This document shows positions 1-5,909 of a stretch of DNA of 64,000 bases, piece after piece. The notes under the pieces were generated by a model. The model saw only the letters and a program-made list of their open reading frames with translations, did no database searches and was not told the origin of the DNA. The stretch comes from a virus. The DNA lies in IMG/VR virus record IMGVR_UViG_3300044846_005100, positions 32,001-96,000 of that record; one strand, given 5' to 3'. Position numbers and translations under genes: made by a program. The first letter of the stretch is position 1, and each line of letters starts with the position of its first letter.

Positions 1-130
1 AGTGATGGAGTACCCGTCTCGCTCCAATCTTAACTGCTTTCCCGATTTTTACGGTGCACCGGCAGAGGGTCATGACTATCCTTAGCCTACTTAGCTTGTC
101 GACAGCATAGGTAGAGGCGTCCACTATCTT
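1..130 (-). ncRNA. Unnamed structured RNA candidate, probably truncated by the window edge
   Basis: GC-rich non-coding sequence with several hairpins, starting right after the tRNA-Tyr 3' end. Confidence 0.4.
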
Positions 131-134
131 TTGT

Positions 135-214
135 TGGAAGGGACGGATTCGAACCGCCGTACTCTGAGAGAACAGATTTACAGTCTGCCGGTTTTAGCCA
201 CTCACCCACCTTCC
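135..214 (-). tRNA. tRNA-Tyr(GTA)
   Basis: Cloverleaf GGAAGG..CCTTCC, anticodon loop CTGTAAA, long variable arm, GGTTCGAATCC T-arm. Confidence 0.95.
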
Positions 215-220
215 AATAAA

Positions 221-357
221 TAAGCTGAAGAAAGTTAGAAAGGCATATTTATGTTGCATAAAACGGGGATCGAACCCGTGACCTTTTAAACCCAATTTAA
301 ACGCTCAACCAACTGAGCTATTCACGCGAAGTAACCTTTTCTATTACTATCAGCTTA
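221..357 (-). ncRNA. Y-RNA-like scaffold Y1 with a nested complete tRNA-like module (TGG loop)
   Basis: Terminal stem TAAGCTGA/TCAGCTTA; TAGTAA-N9-TTACTTC motif; internal cloverleaf GCGTGAA..TTTATGC. Confidence 0.8.
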
Positions 358-362
358 ATAAG

Positions 363-506
363 TTAAGACGAGAAAACGAATAGAGTTTTGCTGTTATAAG
401 GCAATTTATGAGATTGCTGTCTTTACCACTTGACTAATTCTCCATGCGGGGAATATAGGATTCGAACCTATGTTTACGAAGTACCTCTAATCTTGCTACG
501 TCTTAA
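363..506 (-). ncRNA. Y-RNA-like scaffold Y2 with a circularly permuted tRNA (T-arm, closed acceptor, D-arm, CAT anticodon arm)
   Basis: Stem TTAAGACG/CGTCTTAA; TAGCAA..TACTTC; ATAGGTTCGAATCCTAT precedes the D-arm TAGTCAAGTGGTAAAGAC. Confidence 0.8.
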
Positions 507-552
507 TAATTCAATGAACTTATTTGTTTTTTAAACCCAGTCGATTAGGTTT

Positions 553-760
553 AAAAAAGAGGCCGGCTTACATTCCATCTTCCGGCCTCTTAGGCTTGAT
601 CTTCATGCTAGCATCTGATCAAAGGTAGAGCTTCGCTTCCAAACTCTTCGCTCTCTAAAAAGGCAGCCGTCTCTTATGGGATCGCCAGCAGGATACCTTA
701 AGTCTTATAGTGAACTTAACAAAACTACTATTAGCTCATAGCTGAGGGAATATCTTCCAA
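553..760 (-). ncRNA. Unnamed structured RNA candidate ending in a terminator-like hairpin
   Basis: GC-rich non-coding sequence; AAGAGGCCGG/CCGGCCTCTT stem followed by a T run on the minus strand. Confidence 0.4.
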
Positions 761-764
761 ATGA

Positions 765-903
765 TAAAGGTAAAGAAAGTTTCCAACCGAGATTTTAGCG
801 CTCTATCCAGCTGAGCTAATGAGGATTACTCCCCATGTTGGATTCGAACCAACGACCTCTCGTTTAACAGACGAAGTAACGGTTTAGATTACTATTACCT
901 TTA
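765..903 (-). ncRNA. Y-RNA-like scaffold Y3 with a circularly permuted tRNA-Asn(GTT)-like module
   Basis: Stem TAAAGGTAA/TTACCTTTA; order is anticodon arm (CTGTTAA), T-arm, acceptor closed by GTAA, D-arm. Confidence 0.8.
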
Positions 904-909
904 ATAAGT

Positions 910-1074
910 TAAGATGAAGAATGTTGCAAATAGTGTTGTTTCTTAACGCGCGTCTACCAGTTCCGCCATTCCCCAATGAGTTGTTTGTAATATAGTCGGG
1001 GAAGAAGGATTCGAACCTTCAATGTACGTGCTCCAAATGCATACGAAGTAACTATTCAGCTTGCTATCATCTTA
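910..1074 (-). ncRNA. Y-RNA-like scaffold Y4 with a permuted tRNA module (T-arm, closed acceptor, Leu-type D-arm)
   Basis: Stem TAAGATGA/TCATCTTA; TAGCAA-N9-TTACTTC; GAAGGTTCGAATCCTTC precedes TGGCGGAACTGGTAGACGC. Confidence 0.8.
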
Positions 1075-1082
1075 TAATAAGT

Positions 1083-1213
1083 TTATCAGGAGAAAGTTGC
1101 AAAGGTGTAACGCTTTCGCGCTTCTGCGGGAATTGAACCCGCGGCCTATTTTGTTTAAGAAAATTGCTCAACCGCTGAGCTAAGAAGTAACCTTTTGCAT
1201 TACTACCCGATAA
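1083..1213 (-). ncRNA. Y-RNA-like scaffold Y5 with D, anticodon (TAA) and T arms fused through the acceptor position
   Basis: Stem TTATCGGG/CCTGATAA; CTTCT/AGAAG replaces the acceptor stem. Confidence 0.8.
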
Positions 1214-1242
1214 TTAATTTTTTCAAAGAACTTGTTTACTTT

Positions 1243-1253
1243 ATTATAATACT
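1243..1253 (-). promoter_or_regulatory. AGTATTATAAT promoter-like motif (also at 6574-6584 and 7087-7097)
   Basis: Identical intergenic 11-mer, three times, about 24-34 nt upstream of an RNA or ORF start. Confidence 0.55.
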
Positions 1254-1294
1254 AAGAATCCCTTTACGTTTAAAATTATTCTTAATATTTTTTG

Positions 1295-1368
1295 TAGTCA
1301 AGACAGGAGTCGAACCTGCAATCTCCCCAACATTCTGTCGGGGCGCGTTACCAATTAGCCACCTGACT
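1295..1368 (-). ncRNA. Atypical tRNA-like RNA (AGTCAGG acceptor family) with an extended anticodon arm
   Basis: AGTCAGG/CTTGACT acceptor, GCAGGTTCGACTCCTGT T-arm, 7-bp anticodon stem with 5-nt loop. Confidence 0.7.
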
Positions 1369-1373
1369 ATAAA

Positions 1374-1464
1374 AAGGATTGCTGGGGGAATACTGTCGAG
1401 AGTATGTTTGGTTTGCGTTTCAGATACAAGAAGTAACTCTGTAACTTGCCACCCAGCAATCTTT
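1374..1464 (-). ncRNA. Y-RNA-like scaffold Y6, minimal, with no tRNA module
   Basis: Stem GATTGCTGGG/CCCAGCAATC; TGGCAA-N9-TTACTTC; begins about 10 nt after the Ro60 stop codon. Confidence 0.75.
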
Positions 1465-1473
1465 ATTTTTTAT

Positions 1474-3102
1474 TTAGATCTTGATCTTTCGAACTTTCTC
1501 TAAGTGATAGTTTGGATTGAATTCGCTTTTCGCGATATCATCGAACATTGAGTATCCGTATCCATAGTAGAAACGAACTTTATCTCCTGCAAGTTGAGTC
1601 GTTCCATAAGCTGCTAGATCCACCGAGTAAACGTATGGGCTTCCGCATGCTTTTGTGTATGACTCGTATGCTTTGTAGCTGCTTCCGCGGTTACACTCAT
1701 TGTCAGATAAGATAAACACTCGGTCATACTGACGTCCAGACATTTGAGCTACTGCCCATGCGGCTGAAAGATTGGTTCCTCCCATATCTCTCTTCATTGC
1801 GCTAGCAATAGAGAATACATCAGAGTTAGCGTTCCATTTTACGTATTCAGCACTTGAACCGAATCGAATAACGTCTCCATTTGTTGCCTTTGCAATGGTT
1901 GCTGCAATTAATGCTGCCTTGTCCATGCATCGGCTAGTGTAACGTTTTCCGCTTCTTGCGCCATCAGTCATTGGAGTACCCATTGATCCAGAGAAATCCA
2001 CCATTACTAGAGTCTTACCAGGAAGCATCTCTGAAAGGTTTGGCACTGCTGCTTCATATCCTTTAAGTAATGCTTGTGCAATCGCTCTGGAGTTAGAATC
2101 AGAAAATTCTGAGATCGTTACCTCGTGAGCTAGGTCAATTTGGTATGGCATAATCTTTCCTTTTCGGATTGCGTCTGGACTAGATAGCAGAGCAGTCAAC
2201 TTAGTAACCGTGTCTCCTTTGTTAACTGTCTTCAATACATTTCTAATATTTCGAAGAGCAGCTAGGATTCCCAGTTTACCGTCAGTTAATAGAGCATCCC
2301 AGTTTTCAGCTTTCGCTTCTTTTAAGATTGTCTCGGCTTCGGACTTGTCGATTTTACCCTCTTTCACAGCTTTCGCAACCTCTTGACCTGCGTCAGATTG
2401 TGCTACTTCCCAAGTATCAGCTGAAACGCTTAAGCCTTTCATGATAGCGGAAAGAACTGGCACTTTTTCTCCATTTACTTCGGCTACTGCACTAGAAGCC
2501 TTTGGATTTGGGTGAACCAGGTTGATCACGTCAACTAGAGAGCTCTTGTATTTAAGTAGTGCATAAGCATCTAAGTTTTCAAGAGCATCCGCGAATCCTT
2601 TTTTCATCGCATTGGTTACCTTTGTTCCATTCAGTGCTGAGAAGCAAGCAACGATTTCTGCCATATCATCTGGACGGAATAGAGTTCCTCCGGATTGAGT
2701 ACGTTTGTTCCATAGGGAATAGAAACGTTTTGCCCATTCTTGACCCGCACAGTGTGGAGCTAGGTAGCTTGCTGCAAGGTGGTTAATTGATCTCATTCCT
2801 TCACCAACACATCTCGAATAAACGATTGATTGAGCTACGAAGTATGCATCTTCTTCTGCACACTCATCGACTAGTCCTTTCAACTCCCTCATCGTTTCTG
2901 TCTCAGAACGATAGAATTGATTTTCTAGCTTTAGTGTGTTTAACATCGTCAGGAGACGAAGCCACTTATCTTGTGAATAAGCTGCATGTCCTTGACGATT
3001 CTTAGTGTCTGGTTTTGGGATTTTCACCGCTTCTACCAGGTTCGCTTGAGGCTGCATTCCAGCTAGCGTCGAACGAAGCTTGTCGTTTCTAAACTTTGTC
3101 AT
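1474..3102 (-). CDS. rsr: Ro60/Rsr-like TROVE-domain RNA-binding protein with C-terminal vWA domain
   Basis: 542 aa; TROVE-like motifs (DTWE, ALRNIRN, MPY), vWA MIDAS DFSGSM, GGTN, LSDNE. Confidence 0.9.
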   Translation of the reverse strand: MTKFRNDKLRSTLAGMQPQANLVEAVKIPKPDTKNRQGHAAYSQDKWLRLLTMLNTLKLENQFYRSETETMRELKGLVDECAEEDAYFVAQSIVYSRCVGEGMRSINHLAASYLAPHCAGQEWAKRFYSLWNKRTQSGGTLFRPDDMAEIVACFSALNGTKVTNAMKKGFADALENLDAYALLKYKSSLVDVINLVHPNPKASSAVAEVNGEKVPVLSAIMKGLSVSADTWEVAQSDAGQEVAKAVKEGKIDKSEAETILKEAKAENWDALLTDGKLGILAALRNIRNVLKTVNKGDTVTKLTALLSSPDAIRKGKIMPYQIDLAHEVTISEFSDSNSRAIAQALLKGYEAAVPNLSEMLPGKTLVMVDFSGSMGTPMTDGARSGKRYTSRCMDKAALIAATIAKATNGDVIRFGSSAEYVKWNANSDVFSIASAMKRDMGGTNLSAAWAVAQMSGRQYDRVFILSDNECNRGSSYKAYESYTKACGSPYVYSVDLAAYGTTQLAGDKVRFYYGYGYSMFDDIAKSEFNPNYHLEKVRKIKI

Positions 3103-3196
3103 TAGTACAAGGAATTAATTTTTGTTTGTGATTAATACTATACAATAATTAAATTGATAGTTTCACGTTTTGCTTAAACTTTTTTCGAAAAAGGTT

Positions 3197-3272
3197 TGGT
3201 GCACCCTACAGGGATCGAACCTGTGACATCTTGCATGTAAAACAAGCGCTCTACCAGCTGAGCTAAAGGTGC
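3197..3272 (-). tRNA. tRNA-Val(TAC), CCA encoded
   Basis: Cloverleaf, anticodon loop TTTACAT. Confidence 0.95.
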
Positions 3273-3339
3273 ATAATAAACTCATTTTTGTTACAATAAA
3301 CAGTATTAGTTTATTGATACAAATTTATGTTTATTGAAT

Positions 3340-3460
3340 TGGTGGGGAAGGGCTTCTTAGGGCCAAATCATTAAATTTACTGTTTAATTGCGATGAAACT
3401 CTTTAATTACTATCATTGCTGAAGAACGGCAAAAGAGCGAATTGTTTTGCATTCTTCCCC
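3340..3460 (-). ncRNA. Inside-out Y-like RNA Y7: acceptor stem plus ACCA enclosing a permuted scaffold motif
   Basis: GGGGAAG/CTTCCCC-ACCA ends; internal CTCTTTTGCCGTTCTTCA-GCAA-TGATAGTAATTAAAGAG. Confidence 0.6.
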
Positions 3461-3465
3461 ATGTG

Positions 3466-3540
3466 TGATCCCGGTGGGGCTCGAACCCACGACTCCCTCA
3501 TTAAAAGTGAGGTGCTCTAAACCAACTGAGCTACGAGATC
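3466..3540 (-). tRNA. tRNA-Lys(TTT)
   Basis: Cloverleaf, loop CTTTTAA. Confidence 0.95.
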
Positions 3541-3593
3541 TCTCGTTTGCGACTCTTGTCGCTCTTGTCACTTTCCATAATCTTTGGATTTTT

Positions 3594-3812
3594 TTAAAGG
3601 TTTGTGATGTATCTGTTTAATAATTTTGCATCCATTAATGGATAAAAATCAGTATCTCCCATGTCTGTAACTGGAACTTGAAATTCAATATCTACTGTTT
3701 TACTTTCATGTTCAATTGGGGCTGAATAATAGGCTACTCCTAATCTGATGAACTTTAATTTTGCAATAGGCTTTTGTTTATAAAGCTCTTTTTTAATTAC
3801 GGTTTTTTCCAT
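3594..3812 (-). CDS. Hypothetical protein within the tRNA array
   Basis: 72-aa ORF with an A-rich leader. Confidence 0.75.
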   Translation of the reverse strand: MEKTVIKKELYKQKPIAKLKFIRLGVAYYSAPIEHESKTVDIEFQVPVTDMGDTDFYPLMDAKLLNRYITNL

Positions 3813-3829
3813 GAGTTTAATTTTTTATT

Positions 3830-3903
3830 TATGGATCACTCTATTTTAATTTGTGGCTCATCAGTCGAATAAAGTGATCCATATTGAATCGACTGATGAG
3901 CCA
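3830..3903 (-). other. H-type RNA pseudoknot
   Basis: 15-bp perfect stem 3854-3868/3889-3903; its loop 3873-3883 is complementary to 3830-3840 (11 bp). Confidence 0.7.
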
Positions 3904-3908
3904 TATTG

Positions 3909-3981
3909 TCTAAGCAGCAGGGATCGAACCTGCGGTCTCGTGGTCCCAAACCACGCGGATTACCAACTTTCCCATGCCTAG
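3909..3981 (-). tRNA. tRNA-Pro(TGG)
   Basis: Cloverleaf, loop TTTGGGA. Confidence 0.92.
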
Positions 3982-4043
3982 TTGTCCACTGTGTAGCATG
4001 CCGAAACAAGACTTTTTATATAGCGCACAGTGGATCGCTTTTG

Positions 4044-4127
4044 AGGAAGCCTGAGGTGTCGATCCCCATACCTTTCAGTACCAACTGTTTTCAAGACAGT
4101 GTTGCAGGCCGCTGCAATTAAACTTCC
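4044..4127 (-). tRNA. tRNA-Ser(TGA), atypical D and T loops
   Basis: Loop CTTGAAA, long variable arm, D-arm TTGCA-GCGGCC-TGCAA, T-loop ATCGACA. Confidence 0.8.
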
Positions 4128-4133
4128 TTATTG

Positions 4134-4204
4134 TTCTCCCCCAAGGATTCGAACCTCGGTCACTTGGCCCAAAACCAAGGGTCCTGCCGCTAGACGAGGG
4201 GAGA
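4134..4204 (-). tRNA. tRNA-Gln(TTG)
   Basis: Cloverleaf, loop TTTTGGG. Confidence 0.92.
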
Positions 4205-4212
4205 ATTTAAAG

Positions 4213-4229
4213 CCAATATGTCAAAGAAC
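4213..4229 (-). promoter_or_regulatory. rrn-type boxA antitermination element (identical copy at 6351-6367; variants at 1222-1231 and 510-519)
   Basis: GTTCTTTGACATATTGG on the minus strand, upstream of tRNAs. Confidence 0.6.
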
Positions 4230-4260
4230 ATTTTTTAGATTGAAGTTCAACAATCTTTTG

Positions 4261-4333
4261 AGCTTTCGACCGGGTTCGAACCGATGGCCACTTGATTACA
4301 AATCAAGAGCTCTACCAACTGAGCTACGAAAGC
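4261..4333 (-). tRNA. tRNA-Thr(TGT)
   Basis: Cloverleaf, loop TTTGTAA. Confidence 0.95.
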
Positions 4334-4341
4334 AATAAAAC

Positions 4342-4373
4342 AAAAAAAACCCGAATCGTTTGGACTCGGGTTT
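4342..4373 (-). terminator. Intrinsic terminator (attenuator 1)
   Basis: AAACCCGAGTC/GATTCGGGTTT stem followed by a T run. Confidence 0.8.
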
Positions 4374-4397
4374 CTTTTAGTTTGATATAGTTAAGAT

Positions 4398-4553
4398 TTA
4401 CATCAATTCCCGAGTATTTTTTAAGTGTTGTTTAGGATCAATAATCGTATTTGAGAAGCGCACAACATTAAAATCACAGTTCGTGTTCCAGCTCATCGGC
4501 GAGCTACTTAACGACTGATACGAAGATTTTAATATGTTGTTAATGTTTTTCAT
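4398..4553 (-). CDS. Putative leader peptide 1 (51 aa)
   Basis: MKNINNILKSSYQSLSSSPMSWNTNCDFNVVRFSNTIIDPKQHLKNTRELM; its 3' end carries ACTCGGG, complementary to the terminator 5' arm. Confidence 0.6.
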   Translation of the reverse strand: MKNINNILKSSYQSLSSSPMSWNTNCDFNVVRFSNTIIDPKQHLKNTRELM

Positions 4554-4668
4554 CGTGTTTATTTATCTTATCAATTTCTAATTTTTAACGCATTGGATCT
4601 TGAGGTTGCTAATATACACCTTTTATTTTAAAATAAAAAATATTTTTAGCTTTTTTTAAATTATTTTT

Positions 4669-4745
4669 TGGTGGTCCTTGCTGGAATCGAACCAGCCACC
4701 TACTGATTATGAGTCAGTTGCTCTAACCGAATGAGCTAAAGGACC
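4669..4745 (-). tRNA. tRNA with CAT anticodon (Ile2 or elongator Met), CCA encoded
   Basis: Cloverleaf GGTCCTT..AAGGACC, loop CTCATAA. Confidence 0.92.
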
Positions 4746-4908
4746 GTGTGCACGTTTTTATATTATCCCCAGAACGTACAAACTGTGCCGACACACGATT
4801 CGGAAGGCGTAGTGCGCATTGATTAAAGAATACCGAAGTATTCTAACTAACGTTCAAGAGGCTATCCCTATCTTCGATCCATACCCAGCGCTAGGCAGAG
4901 GGCTAGTT
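4746..4908 (-). ncRNA. Unnamed structured RNA candidate
   Basis: AGAATAC-TTCG-GTATTCT hairpin and further stems, between tRNA genes. Confidence 0.45.
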
Positions 4909-4909
4909 G

Positions 4910-5008
4910 TAGTCAGGAGGGGAATCGAACCCCTGTTGCCCTTAGTTGCTCTTACTTCTCAGTAAAGTGTGGGATCGAACCACACCTGGACCAAAGCTCC
5001 ACCTGACT
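4910..5008 (-). ncRNA. tRNA-like RNA (AGTCAGG family) with two T-arm-like hairpins
   Basis: AGTCAGG/CCTGACT; GTGTGG-TTCGATC-CCACAC and AGGGG-TTCGATT-CCCCT. Confidence 0.65.
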
Positions 5009-5011
5009 GTA

Positions 5012-5101
5012 AACACACTCTTCAGCTTTCTACTCCCAGCTCCGAGGAATTGTATATAACTTAGCCCATCTCACCGCTGTGTGGGAACTGAAGTTTATGT
5101 G
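5012..5101 (-). ncRNA. Unnamed structured RNA candidate
   Basis: Nested stems CTTCAG/CTGAAG and TCCCA/TGGGA. Confidence 0.5.
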
Positions 5102-5104
5102 ATG

Positions 5105-5219
5105 TAGTCAGGACAGGAATCGAACCTGTAAACCTACTTCCCATCTTCGGTTTTTTAACTCTAATGTTTAGAGTGGGTCAAACCACATTAGAGTACGTAT
5201 ACCATTCCGCCACCTGACT
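5105..5219 (-). ncRNA. tRNA-like RNA (AGTCAGG family) with a greatly expanded anticodon and variable domain
   Basis: Acceptor, D-arm TGGCGGAATGGTATACG, 10-bp ACTCTAATGT/ACATTAGAGT stem, T-arm. Confidence 0.7.
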
Positions 5220-5296
5220 ATGGACGGGCTTTTTGTCGATCTCTCTTAGGCTAGCCCGATACCGCCCTAAGTTCATTCAAGCGCTACTTGACATCG

Positions 5297-5378
5297 TACG
5301 CAAAGAGGGACTCGAACCCTCACACCTTTCGGCACTGGTTCCTAAGACCAGCGTGACTACCAATTCCACCATTCGCGC
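5297..5378 (-). tRNA. tRNA-Leu(TAG)
   Basis: Loop CTTAGGA, long variable arm. Confidence 0.95.
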
Positions 5379-5381
5379 AAA

Positions 5382-5483
5382 TTGAGGTTGAGAAGTCCTC
5401 TGTGTTGTAGTGTACGATTATGTTTTCCATAATTCAAGTAATGTCACTCATCTTTATATTTCCTTTCTCAAGGGAACAACACA
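5382..5483 (-). ncRNA. Kissing-loop RNA element, copy 1
   Basis: GTGTTGT/ACAACAC stem; TGAGAA complementary to the TTCTCA loop; second copy at 5778-5905. Confidence 0.65.
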
Positions 5484-5486
5484 AAA

Positions 5487-5620
5487 ATCATAAACAGAGG
5501 CTATTGGTGGTACCCGCGTCTAGCCATTACCAATCTAACTAGATTTGAGATGATCAAGATCACCTATACTATTTTATTCACGTAGGAATTACCCTTCTAC
5601 CTTTTCCGCGTGTTTATGAT
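5487..5620 (-). ncRNA. Unnamed structured RNA candidate
   Basis: Closing stem ATCATAAAC/GTTTATGAT. Confidence 0.45.
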
Positions 5621-5622
5621 AG

Positions 5623-5774
5623 TGGTTCTAGTAGGAATCGAACCCACCTTGTAAATTACATGCAATATGCCTTAACTTTTTACTCCGATCCTAGTATTAA
5701 GGAGTGTTAAACCAAATTGCCATCATCTACCCACTCGCGACTGCTGGGAGCTACCCACGTTATGCTATAGAACC
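5623..5774 (-). ncRNA. RNA with tRNA-like ends and an insert of about 110 nt
   Basis: GGTTCTA/TAGAACC acceptor, TAGC after the 5' strand, T-arm GTGGGTTCGATTCCTAC. Confidence 0.65.
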
Positions 5775-5777
5775 AAG

Positions 5778-5905
5778 TTGAGGATGAGAAGTCCTCTGTG
5801 TTGTGTGGTGTACCGCCGCCAGCCTTAATACATTATTTGTTGTTTAACCACCCTTAATAATATATCACTGGTACGACCGCACTCTTGTTTCTCAAGAAAC
5901 AACAC
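5778..5905 (-). ncRNA. Kissing-loop RNA element, copy 2
   Basis: Same conserved ends as 5382-5483 with a different insert. Confidence 0.65.
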
Positions 5906-5909
5906 GTAG

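Noticed and set aside
221-1464. CRISPR array interpretation of the repeated GAAGTAAC motif
   Set aside because: The repeats are short, degenerate and irregularly spaced, the intervening sequences are tRNA modules, and there is no cas operon.
3890-3900. Hammerhead core CTGATGA (also CTGACGA near 37660-37710)
   Set aside because: No correctly placed GAAA and three-stem junction; at 3890 it lies inside a perfect helix.
4746-5296. HDV-like theta ribozymes after tRNAs
   Set aside because: I could not build the nested double pseudoknot by eye; left as unnamed RNAs.
5623-5774. tmRNA
   Set aside because: Too short, no G3:U70 pair, no evident tag reading frame.
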